Made by a program: the position numbers and the translations under genes. From Gemmatimonadaceae bacterium (GTDB taxonomy: Bacteria > Gemmatimonadota > Gemmatimonadetes > Gemmatimonadales > Gemmatimonadaceae), in contig JBJMOW010000004.1 in NCBI GenBank assembly GCA_045803545.1, forward strand, positions 544,001-608,000: a stretch of DNA of 64,000 bases, in the 5' to 3' direction. The stretch's first letter is position 1. The number at the start of each line of letters is the position of its first letter. Below the pieces are notes generated by a model. The model was not told where the DNA came from and did no database searches. It worked only from the letters and a program-made list of their open reading frames with translations. This document shows, one piece after another, positions 56,082-64,000 of the stretch.

Positions 56082-57431
56082 TTGACTACGCCGGCTCAAT
56101 CCGACTCGCAAGACCTGCGGCGAGTCATCGGACTCACTGGTGGTATCGCGCTCATCGTCGGCATCACTATCGGCAGCGGGATCTTCCGCACCCCGCCGAC
56201 GATCGCGCGGCTCGTCCCAAATCCGCTCGTGATCATGGGACTGTGGACAGCATTCGGACTGATCAGCATTTGCGGAGCGCTAGCGGTCGCCGAGCTGAGC
56301 ACGTTGCTGCCCAGGGCGGGTGGCGTTTATGTCTTTCTGCGTGAGGCGTACGGAGACGCCGCTGCATTCGTGTTCGGCTGGTTGTACGTTCTGGTCACCA
56401 CTCCTGCCGCGGTCGCCTCGCTCGCCACCGTCTTCGCCGAATTCCTGCTCAACCTACGCGGCGTTTCTCCTACCACATTCTATGTACAGCTGATCGCCAT
56501 CGCGGCGATCGTCGTTCTCACCGTCGCCAACGTACTCGGGGCACGGGTTGGCACCGGAGTGAGTGAGCTGACGACGCTGGTGAAGGTGGTCGCGCTCGCT
56601 GCGATCATACTCGGCGCATTTCTGCTGGGCGATGGGCAGCTGTCCCACTTCACGGAGGGCGGGATAGTGCATGGTAGCGGACTGGCGCGCGCCGTCGCGG
56701 CAGTGATCTGGACCTACGACGGCTGGATCGCCGTCAGCATGATCGCCGGAGAAGTCGTCGCGCCCGAGCGGCTGATGAAGCGCATCATCATCGTCGGCAT
56801 GCTGATGATCGTCACGCTCTATTTCGGCGCCAACCTCGCCTATCTGTACATGATGCCGGTGACAACGATGGCACAGCAGAAGGAAGCAATCGCGCGGACC
56901 GTGATAACGGCGATTGCCGGACGCGGTGCGGGCGTGGCGATCATGCTCGCGATCATGACCAGCATCTTCGGCGCTCTCAACGGCAACTTGCTGGCGAAGC
57001 CGAGGGTCGCCTACGCAATGGCGCGCGACGGTTTGATTTTTCCATTCCTCGGTAAAAGCAATCCCCGTCGGTCGACGCCCTGGGCGGCGGTCGTGATCAT
57101 CGGCGCCGTCGCGATTGTAATGGTGCTGGTACTCAAGGATTTCGATACGCTCACTACATATTTCGTGGTAGTGGAGTGGGCAGCTTTGATCTTTGCGGTG
57201 GGAGCAGTGTTCGTCCTGAGACGGAAGATGCCGCAAGCGCCGAGGCCGTTTCGCACGCCGGGTTATCCGGTGGTGCCGCTGTTGTTTATCGCCGGCACGG
57301 TGATCGGTTTGACGGCGATCGTGTGGGGACAGATCAACGTCGGCAACTTTTCTCCGATCTATGGTCTGGGCATTGCTGCGGCAGGATTCCCGATTTATCA
57401 CCTTTGGCAGCGAATGAAGAGGGGCACATGA
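56082..57431 (+). CDS. APC-family amino acid permease (LAT/SteT-like)
   Basis: IGSGIF, AEL..P.AGG.Y, WTYDGW, AMARDG, RPFRTPGYP. Confidence 0.92.
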   Translation: MTTPAQSDSQDLRRVIGLTGGIALIVGITIGSGIFRTPPTIARLVPNPLVIMGLWTAFGLISICGALAVAELSTLLPRAGGVYVFLREAYGDAAAFVFGWLYVLVTTPAAVASLATVFAEFLLNLRGVSPTTFYVQLIAIAAIVVLTVANVLGARVGTGVSELTTLVKVVALAAIILGAFLLGDGQLSHFTEGGIVHGSGLARAVAAVIWTYDGWIAVSMIAGEVVAPERLMKRIIIVGMLMIVTLYFGANLAYLYMMPVTTMAQQKEAIARTVITAIAGRGAGVAIMLAIMTSIFGALNGNLLAKPRVAYAMARDGLIFPFLGKSNPRRSTPWAAVVIIGAVAIVMVLVLKDFDTLTTYFVVVEWAALIFAVGAVFVLRRKMPQAPRPFRTPGYPVVPLLFIAGTVIGLTAIVWGQINVGNFSPIYGLGIAAAGFPIYHLWQRMKRGT

Positions 57432-57811
57432 GACATCCCGTTGTGACGGACAAGGCGCCGAAGCCGATTGGCCCGTACTCCCAGGCCGTGACCGATGGCG
57501 AGCTCATTTTCGTGTCGGGGCAGGGTGCGACCAATCCGCAGACCGGGAAGAAAGAGCTTGGCGATGTGCGAGCCGAGACCAAGCGCACCTTCGAGAATCT
57601 GCGCGCGATCCTGCAGGCGGCCGGCTCATCGATGGATCACGTGATGAAGTGCAACGTCTATCTGCGCGACATCAACGACTTCTCGGCGATGAACGAGGTG
57701 TACCAGACATTCTTCACGCCGCCGTTTCCAGCGCGGACGACGATTCAGGCGGGTGCGTTGCCAGGTGGGATCGCCGTCGAGATCGAGTGCATCGCCAAGA
57801 AGATTCCATAA
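57428..57811 (+). CDS. RidA/YjgF family enamine/imine deaminase
   Basis: APKPIGPYSQAV, VSGQ, F..MNEVY, PARTT, VEIECIA. Confidence 0.93.
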   Translation: MRHPVVTDKAPKPIGPYSQAVTDGELIFVSGQGATNPQTGKKELGDVRAETKRTFENLRAILQAAGSSMDHVMKCNVYLRDINDFSAMNEVYQTFFTPPFPARTTIQAGALPGGIAVEIECIAKKIP

Positions 57812-58818
57812 TGGACGCGCTCGAACTCGACACCCCCGCGCTCTACGTCGATCTCGACGCCATGGAGCGGAACATCGTCGGCATGCAGCAGCAATGTCGG
57901 CAGTGGGGAGTCGAGCTGCGGCCACACGTTAAGACCCACAAGATCCCCGAGATCGCGCAGATGCAGCTCGATGCCGGTGCGATCGGAATCACCGTCGCGA
58001 AAATCGGCGAAGCAGAAGTACTCCCCGGCGACGATGTGCTCATTGCGTACCCGCTCGTGAAAGCGAAGCTACCACGCCTGAAGGAGCTGACGAAGACGCG
58101 GCACGTGAAAGTTGCTGTCGATTCGGTCGAAGTTGCCCGCGGTCTCGAGGGAATCGACACACTGGTGGAGATCGATGTCGGTGTTGGCCGCACCGGTGCG
58201 CAGACGCCGGAGCAGGCAGTGGAGATCGCCAAAGCGTGCTCGGATTTCCAGGGAATCTTCTATTGGCCTTCGTGGCTCGACGAGTCCGGATTCCGCTCGG
58301 CGTGCAGGAAAATCGAGGCAGTTCTAAACGCACTTGAAAAGTACGGCTTCGATGCAAGGATCGTCTCCGGTGGCTCGACGCCCGGCGCCGCAAAAACTCC
58401 GCTGGTTCCACAGACCACGGAGATCCGCCCCGGCACCTACGTCTTCTACGACGCCAGCAGTCTCGAGGCGAAGATTTGCACCGAGGACGATTGCGCTCTG
58501 CGCGTGCTCACGACCGTCGTGAGTACTTCAGTTCCGGGTCAGTGCGTGATCGACGCCGGATCCAAAACGTTGTCGAGCGATCAGACAGTCGGGCCCGGAA
58601 CCTACGGACACTTCATCGACCGCGACTGGACTCCGCGCAAGCTCAACGAGGAGCACGGATATGTAGAGATCCGCGAGCCGGCACGGATTGGCGAGAAGGT
58701 TTGGCTCGTGCCCAGTCATGTTTGTCCGACTGTGAATCTCCACGACGAGGTTTGGTACGGGCGAGGCGGAAAGGTGGACGGCAGTTGGCGTGTCACCGCG
58801 CGCGGGAGAGTACGCTAG
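57811..58818 (+). CDS. Fold-type III PLP enzyme (D-threonine aldolase / DSD1-like dehydratase)
   Basis: DTPAL, RPHVKTHK (PLP Lys), GGSTP, EIRPGTYVF, DAGSK, EEHG, PSHVC. Confidence 0.9.
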   Translation: MDALELDTPALYVDLDAMERNIVGMQQQCRQWGVELRPHVKTHKIPEIAQMQLDAGAIGITVAKIGEAEVLPGDDVLIAYPLVKAKLPRLKELTKTRHVKVAVDSVEVARGLEGIDTLVEIDVGVGRTGAQTPEQAVEIAKACSDFQGIFYWPSWLDESGFRSACRKIEAVLNALEKYGFDARIVSGGSTPGAAKTPLVPQTTEIRPGTYVFYDASSLEAKICTEDDCALRVLTTVVSTSVPGQCVIDAGSKTLSSDQTVGPGTYGHFIDRDWTPRKLNEEHGYVEIREPARIGEKVWLVPSHVCPTVNLHDEVWYGRGGKVDGSWRVTARGRVR

Positions 58819-59657
58819 TTCCGCGCGACTGCGATACGCATGTAAAACCCGCGATCGACTTTTGCCTGGCCCTGTGCAAAGCGTTTGTTCCAGTCGATCA
58901 TCCCTGAATCTTCGCGCACGATGAAACCGGCCGAACGAAGGTCGGCCGCCATTTCATCCTGAGTCCAGGCACTGACCTGCGGCTCGCCGATCAAACTGAA
59001 AATCAATCGGGCGACAAAGCCGCGGAGAAGGGTGTGATAGTTGACGATTATAGTCGAGCCGGGTGCGCTGAGCTCGGCGATCTTCGTCAGCGTCGCACGC
59101 ACCACGTCGTGGGTGAGGTACATCACGACCCCTTCCCAGATCCAGCATGTTGGCACGGCACGATCGTGCCCGGCGCGCTCGAGCACTGCATCGAGTGACT
59201 CTCGCGCAAAGTCTATCGGGACGAACTTGATGGCACCGATAGCAGGTGGCAATTCACGGGCGTGCGCGCGTTTCTCACCTTGCGTCGCGGGATGATCGAC
59301 TTCGAACACTTTCACGCCTTTAAGTTCGGGCATTCGCCACGCGCGTCCGTCGTAGCCAGCGCCGAGTATGACGAGCTGATTTGCGCCACTCGCCATGGCG
59401 TCGCGGACCGCAGCGTCGATTGCGGAAGTGCGAAGCGCCATCATGTCAGCCATGACGCGCGCGGCCTCGAGCCGCATGGTGCGATGCCCTGCTCGTGCCG
59501 CACGCTCCATCCTGGCGAGGCTGCGTTTTCGTTTGTCGCTCAGAAAAACGCGCGCCGTCGGGTCGCGGAAATCGGCGACGTGCGACAAGCCCACGTCTGC
59601 CATCGCGCGACCGTGCGCAACGAAATGAGCGGTCCGGCTCGGGCGCCCAGCTCTCAT
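58815..59657 (-). CDS. SAM-dependent methyltransferase (LCM/TIGR00027 family)
   Basis: RT..ID, QLVILGAGYDGRAWR, FEVDHP, WEGVVMYL. Confidence 0.9.
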   Translation of the reverse strand: MRAGRPSRTAHFVAHGRAMADVGLSHVADFRDPTARVFLSDKRKRSLARMERAARAGHRTMRLEAARVMADMMALRTSAIDAAVRDAMASGANQLVILGAGYDGRAWRMPELKGVKVFEVDHPATQGEKRAHARELPPAIGAIKFVPIDFARESLDAVLERAGHDRAVPTCWIWEGVVMYLTHDVVRATLTKIAELSAPGSTIIVNYHTLLRGFVARLIFSLIGEPQVSAWTQDEMAADLRSAGFIVREDSGMIDWNKRFAQGQAKVDRGFYMRIAVARN

Positions 59658-59670
59658 GTTTTGGGAAAAT

Positions 59671-60237
59671 CTACGAGCGTTCGACCGATTGCGAGCGTTC
59701 CGCTTTCGTGTAGGTCGTGGCTTCGCCCATGCCAAGAGTCTGACGCTCCATGCGATCGAGCAGCTCCTGTACCGTTACGGGGTGCGCCGCCTCGTACCGC
59801 TGGGCGAGAAACATGGTGCCCGCTGCAGTGATCCCGCCGAACGCTGCCGAGAATATCAGGTCGTCGAACACCAGACGCCACGGGACCATCGATCCGTCGG
59901 AAATGAGGTTCATGGTCTGGAGGAACGCCGGCACGAACAGCCCGGCGAGGATCGCTCCTCCGATTCCAAACCGGACCCAGCTGATGTCGCGGAGCCGTCT
60001 CCCGCGATAGGCGAGGCTGATGAAGCCGAAGAATGCCGTGCCGGCGATCGCACCGATGAACGCGATTCTGAGGCCCATACCGAGTCCGTCGAGTATGGCG
60101 TACCCAAAAGGAACATCGTCGATGAACCGCATCGCCGTCGCTATCGCAGATCCAATCGCGCCCCACCCAACAGCCCAAACTATCGCGTTTCTAAACGCGG
60201 CACGCAGACGCGCGAATCCTTTCTCGTCCGACATCAT
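59671..60237 (-). CDS. Hypothetical membrane protein
   Basis: Four Gly-rich TM helices; GGAG RBS. Confidence 0.75.
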   Translation of the reverse strand: MMSDEKGFARLRAAFRNAIVWAVGWGAIGSAIATAMRFIDDVPFGYAILDGLGMGLRIAFIGAIAGTAFFGFISLAYRGRRLRDISWVRFGIGGAILAGLFVPAFLQTMNLISDGSMVPWRLVFDDLIFSAAFGGITAAGTMFLAQRYEAAHPVTVQELLDRMERQTLGMGEATTYTKAERSQSVERS

Positions 60238-60264
60238 GATCTCCGCGAATTACGGCGAACGCAT

Positions 60265-60287
60265 TCTACTTTGTGTCATAAAGTAGA
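60265..60287. promoter_or_regulatory. Near-perfect 23-bp palindromic operator
   Basis: TCTACTTTGTGTCATAAAGTAGA, ~27 nt upstream of the 60237 start. Confidence 0.6.
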
Positions 60288-60349
60288 TTAAGACGCGCGC
60301 CTTTTCAAGCGGATGTGCAGGATCTGTCGGCTAGACGGACAGGTACGCT

Positions 60350-60877
60350 TTAGAACGCGAAACCCACACCGGCGGTGTATTCGGCAGCGTTATCGTGGTA
60401 GCTACCATCACCGCCAGCTTGCCACGCACGCAGCCGCATCTCGCCGCGCAGAATTAGCGCATTCGAGAGGGGGATTCGCAGACCGGCAGAGCCTGATACC
60501 GTTCCTCCGGTCGCCGGACGACCAGCCGCGTTACTGAAGTAGTGAAGCCACCCGCCACCTATACCTATGTACGGTCTGACTGCGCTCGCAGGCAACTGAG
60601 CCTGTAGCTGCCCCTCCGCGACACCGAGATTTGTGTTGGTCGAGCTGAACTGCTCATCGAGCGATGCGTAAGAAACGCTCAGATCGCCAAGCAGCCATCT
60701 ACCCGCGATTGGAGCAGAGTAGCGGAATGCGCCGAGCGGTGCCGTGCCGGTGCCACTTGCGTCGAACTGGCTGGCGCCGACTGCGAGAGAGAACTCACGG
60801 ATCGGAGTTTGGCCATGCGCTGCAGCAGTGAGTCCCATCAACAAGGTGCACGAGGTCAACAGCACGGCACGGTTCAT
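60350..60877 (-). CDS. Outer-membrane beta-barrel protein
   Basis: Signal peptide; PYIGIGGG, alternating beta strands, C-terminal AGVGFAF. Confidence 0.8.
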   Translation of the reverse strand: MNRAVLLTSCTLLMGLTAAAHGQTPIREFSLAVGASQFDASGTGTAPLGAFRYSAPIAGRWLLGDLSVSYASLDEQFSSTNTNLGVAEGQLQAQLPASAVRPYIGIGGGWLHYFSNAAGRPATGGTVSGSAGLRIPLSNALILRGEMRLRAWQAGGDGSYHDNAAEYTAGVGFAF

Positions 60878-61016
60878 TTTCGCTCCTGGTACCAGGTCTA
60901 CTATGCTCGACGCAGCAAATCGTCGTCGCGCCTCATGCAACATACTGAGGTCCTGAGTAGCTCGGGGCCGACATCAAAAAGCCGCTCGACGAAGCGATTT
61001 CTCGCGAATGGCTGCC

Positions 61017-61487
61017 TCAGCTGATCGCTTTCTTTAACAGCGTACCGATTTTCGCCTCGGCTTCGGGCGTTAATTCCTTGATCGCGAAGGCGACCGGCCA
61101 AACTTCCCCTTCGTCGAGGTTCGACTTGTCGCTGAAGCCCAACGTCGCGTATCTGGTCTTGAATTTCTGTCCGCTCTGGAAGAAACAAAGAACCCTGTCA
61201 TCCTTCGAGTACGCCGGCATCCCGTACCACAGCCGTGGCGTCAGCATCGGCGCAGTCGCTTTCACAATTCCGTGAATCCGATTTGCCATCGCGCGATCCG
61301 ATGCCGCCATCTCGGCGATCTTCGCTAGCACCTCGCTTTCGGGATTCACGTCCGCGCCGGAGCCGCGACGCGCGGCCGCTTTCATCTCCTTTACGCGGTC
61401 CTTCATCGCCGATTTTTCTTCCGCCGTAAAGCCCTCGAGTTTCTTCGAAGTGGCCGACGATTTGGCGGCCGATTTCTTCGGGCTCAT
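61017..61487 (-). CDS. DUF1801 (YdhG-like) protein
   Basis: GFTAEE..AMK, WYGMPAY, CFFQ...KFKTRYATLGF. Confidence 0.88.
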   Translation of the reverse strand: MSPKKSAAKSSATSKKLEGFTAEEKSAMKDRVKEMKAAARRGSGADVNPESEVLAKIAEMAASDRAMANRIHGIVKATAPMLTPRLWYGMPAYSKDDRVLCFFQSGQKFKTRYATLGFSDKSNLDEGEVWPVAFAIKELTPEAEAKIGTLLKKAIS

Positions 61488-61494
61488 AGGCGTC

Positions 61495-61926
61495 TCACTT
61501 GCCGGAAGTGTTCAACGTGACGGCCGAGCGAACGAGAGCCTTGAATGCGTCTTCATTGATCTGATCGCCCTCGCGGAAATCGATCGCGCGGCGGGTGCCG
61601 CCGCCGAGGCTGGAGTTGAAGAGTCCCGACGGATCCGGGAGCGTGGCACCTTTGGCGAAGGTTGTCTTGACGGCGTTCTTGTAGCTCTCGCCGGTGCAGA
61701 TCAGACCATCGTGCGACCAGACCGGATTCTCCCACTTCCATTCTTCGACGACGTCGGGATCTGCCTGTTTGATCAACGTGCGAATCTGGGTGAGCATCTT
61801 CGCTCGCCAGTCTCCCAGCTCTTTGATCCTGCCGTCGATCATCCGCGACGCAGACTCGTTGGTCGCCGCGCTTTTTTTCGCAGTCGTTTTTGACTGCGAG
61901 GTTTTCTTGGTGACCGCTTTACGCAT
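61495..61926 (-). CDS. DUF1801 (YdhG-like) protein
   Basis: DWR, EEWKW..PVW, FAKGA.L.DP..LFN, RRAID. Confidence 0.9.
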   Translation of the reverse strand: MRKAVTKKTSQSKTTAKKSAATNESASRMIDGRIKELGDWRAKMLTQIRTLIKQADPDVVEEWKWENPVWSHDGLICTGESYKNAVKTTFAKGATLPDPSGLFNSSLGGGTRRAIDFREGDQINEDAFKALVRSAVTLNTSGK

Positions 61927-61956
61927 TACTGGACTCCAACAAATGATGGATTCTAC

Positions 61957-62211
61957 TCACCCGCTGATTGTACTCGCATCGACGTTAACTGCGCCATGTC
62001 TGGCGCGACGCCTGTTGACGTACGGCAATGCGAACATGTAGAGGCCGGTGAAAAGCAGCAGGAACAGCGGTACCAGTGGCGAATAGGTGATCAATGCCGC
62101 CGGCTGCTTTCCGTGGCCGACGCCCAACGCGATGAAGTTGGCAATGACGGTCAGCGTAAACGCGATCGAGAGCCATCGGTGCGTTTGCCGAATCCATTTG
62201 CTCCAGTTCAA
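61957..62211 (-). CDS. Small two-TM membrane protein (PepSY-TM-like HRW motif)
   Basis: RQTHRWLSIAFT, LLFTGLYMF.LPY; AAAGGAGG RBS. Confidence 0.8.
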   Translation of the reverse strand: MNWSKWIRQTHRWLSIAFTLTVIANFIALGVGHGKQPAALITYSPLVPLFLLLFTGLYMFALPYVNRRRARHGAVNVDASTISG

Positions 62212-62253
62212 CCGGACCTCCTTTGGAAGGGAGTGTGTCGGGTAGGCAATGCG

Positions 62254-62799
62254 CTACCACTTCGGAGCTGCGAGGCCGAATTCCTGCGCGTACTCTTTGT
62301 TCAGCCGTTGCCACCCGGGGAACTGCATCGCATCGGGGCCGACGATCCGTCCGATTGGTTCTCCGCTGAGCAGGTGATCCAGCACGTCGAGAGCGATGTG
62401 CCAGCCTGCGGCGCCCATCGAGATGAAGCGGCGATCGATGTTCGTCCACAGCGTGAGGCGCGTGCCGTTGCTGAGCGGTTCGAGTTGCCACCGCATGTCG
62501 AAGTCGCCCCAGTTGTACTCGAGGAGCTTTGGAGCATCGGCGCGGGTAATCCTGCTTTCGGTGACATGGGGACCGGGGGCACCAACGGTGGTGAGGTGTA
62601 CGCTGCTTCCTGCTTTCCCAAGGCTTCCATCGGCGTCGAACGGCGCCCATTCGCGAAGTTGCGCCGGATCGGTCAGCGCCCCCCAGACTTTGTCTGGTGA
62701 ATGGTGCAGCTCTCTGGTGAGCACCAGCGTCCATTTGTCTCCATCCTTTTGGACTTTGGCACTCGGCGGTCCCGGTGTGTATTGCTCGCGAGTGATCAC
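62254..62799 (-). CDS. SRPBCC/AHSA1 (START-like) protein
   Basis: VWGALTDP..L..W, P.LLEY.W, GTRLTL, AAGWH; GTG overlaps the ArsR stop. Confidence 0.9.
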   Translation of the reverse strand: MITREQYTPGPPSAKVQKDGDKWTLVLTRELHHSPDKVWGALTDPAQLREWAPFDADGSLGKAGSSVHLTTVGAPGPHVTESRITRADAPKLLEYNWGDFDMRWQLEPLSNGTRLTLWTNIDRRFISMGAAGWHIALDVLDHLLSGEPIGRIVGPDAMQFPGWQRLNKEYAQEFGLAAPKW

Positions 62800-63140
62800 T
62801 TTGTTCTCCTCTTTTTCTTTTTCGTTGGTGTTGACTGTTCCATGCGATCGAGGTGGCGCTCGAGCGCGTCCAGGTGAGTTGACCAGAGCCGACGGAACTG
62901 CGCGAGCCACTCATGCAGCTCCCTCAGCCGTTGGGGCTTCAGTCGGTAGAGGCGGCGCTGTGCGTCCACGGTAGAGTCGACGAAGCCGGCATCCCGTAGT
63001 ACGCGCAGGTGCTTGGACACCGTGGGCTGCGACATGCGGAGCCTGCTCTCGATCTCTCCCACCGATCGCTCCGACGAGAGGAGGAGGCTGAGTATCGCAC
63101 GTCGATTTGGCTCCGCGATGATTTCAAAGGCAGATTGCAC
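62796..63140 (-). CDS. ArsR/SmtB family regulator
   Basis: AEPNRRAIL.LL, SQPTVSKHLRVLR.AG.V, QRRLY. Confidence 0.93.
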   Translation of the reverse strand: MQSAFEIIAEPNRRAILSLLLSSERSVGEIESRLRMSQPTVSKHLRVLRDAGFVDSTVDAQRRLYRLKPQRLRELHEWLAQFRRLWSTHLDALERHLDRMEQSTPTKKKKRRTK

Positions 63141-63144
63141 ATTG

Positions 63145-63176
63145 AGAATATACGCCTACAGGTATATACGCGTCAA
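63145..63176 (-). promoter_or_regulatory. Sigma70-like leaderless promoter with overlapping ArsR-type palindrome
   Basis: Minus strand TTGACG-N18-TATATT 6 nt before GTG; ATATAC-N8-GTATAT palindrome at 63148-63167. Confidence 0.55.
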
Positions 63177-63289
63177 GCCATATACAAGGTCGACGTATTT
63201 TCTCTTGCCCAAGAGACCCTAAGAAGGGAATTCCAGTCCCCATGGCTGCGCAGCCGGATCGGTCGCGTTCACGCTAATGAAAGGCTTCA

Positions 63290-63577
63290 TCACTGGCGTG
63301 CCCACCGATCGCGAAATGTGAAAATAAGAAACAAAAAACAAGCAGCGAGAAGAGCGACGGCAATTGAAGTCACGGTAGGAATCTGAAACCATTGTACGGC
63401 AGCGACCGGCATTCTCTGAGAGCCATATGGGCAGGTAGTCACGCCCGAGCTGTTGAGTGTGCCGACCGACAGGCAGGCTTCCTCCGTCAAATACTGGTGC
63501 AGTCCGGGATACATTACGGCAAGCAGCGCTGCTACCGAGATAAGAAGGTAAAGTCGCGATAGTGTTAAGCGCACCAA
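63290..63577 (-). CDS. Hypothetical small membrane protein
   Basis: Two TM helices around a loop with two Cys; AT-richer than its surroundings. Confidence 0.45.
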   Translation of the reverse strand: MVRLTLSRLYLLISVAALLAVMYPGLHQYLTEEACLSVGTLNSSGVTTCPYGSQRMPVAAVQWFQIPTVTSIAVALLAACFLFLIFTFRDRWARQ

Positions 63578-63581
63578 GGCT

Positions 63582-63923
63582 TCAACTCCGTTTTGCAGAG
63601 CGCCACAGCGACCGCTGGTAGATGGAATAGCTGCGCACCCATGGCTCCTTCGTCGACGCCCACCTCGCTAGCTCCTGGCGAAGCGATGATGCCGAGGCTC
63701 CTGGTCTAACACTAACTGAGATTCGCCAATAGCGATCGCCATCGCCGCCGGCCGCAAACTCCGTCATGAATGGGAACTCTCGTCGCAGTTCTTCGCTGAG
63801 TTTGGTGAGCTCGCTGCTCGGCGCGGGACCAGTCTCGAGCCGCAACACGAGATCCTTATGATACTTCGACGCGAATTCTCGCTTTACCATTTCAACGAAT
63901 GCGCCTGCGTAGGTGCGGGCCAT
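63582..63923 (-). CDS. Hypothetical protein
   Basis: 113-aa ORF, co-oriented; no motif recognised. Confidence 0.4.
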   Translation of the reverse strand: MARTYAGAFVEMVKREFASKYHKDLVLRLETGPAPSSELTKLSEELRREFPFMTEFAAGGDGDRYWRISVSVRPGASASSLRQELARWASTKEPWVRSYSIYQRSLWRSAKRS

Positions 63924-64000
63924 ACTACATCAATCGTTTGCTTTTCCGCGTCCAGCGCGGTCGCTTTCCAGGTGCCGTCTGATTGTCGATCGAATCGAAA

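Overview
High-GC, densely coding bacterial chromosomal segment with about 70 CDS. Gene style (SARP/BTAD-TolB-like-TPR regulator, M56/BlaI pair, many near-leaderless starts, many Tat/lipoproteins) suggests a soil Gemmatimonadota-like organism; this is inference only. I saw no rRNA, tRNA, CRISPR array, transposase or integrase. Content is mostly accessory metabolism, stress and envelope genes: acyl-CoA dehydrogenase, YyaL, DUF190/crcB, M20 peptidase, SRAP, AraC, VOC proteins, GH43, PfkA, 5'-3' exonuclease, App1, DUF418/DUF4386, sugar porter/PfkB, OPT, proline dehydrogenase, SpdH-like flavoprotein, ThuA proteins, GH29, a deacylase-lactonase / permease-RidA-fold-III PLP enzyme cluster and an ArsR-SRPBCC-DUF1801 operon. 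The best candidate for an undescribed system is a cytoplasmic Hanks-type Ser/Thr kinase fused to a LigA-type BRCT domain (29480-30676). It lies head-to-head, across only 29 bp carrying back-to-back -10-like boxes, with a stand-alone LigD-type primase-polymerase of the Rv0269c/PolD2 type (30706-32067), suggesting a DNA-end-sensing phospho-signalling and repair module. Also notable: a family of GCG-core heptamer arrays (one forming a ~200-nt hairpin, one inside the polymerase linker), several clean operator-like palindromes and direct repeats, and an orphan CdiI-like immunity gene. All family calls come from motif recognition by eye; no database search was run.
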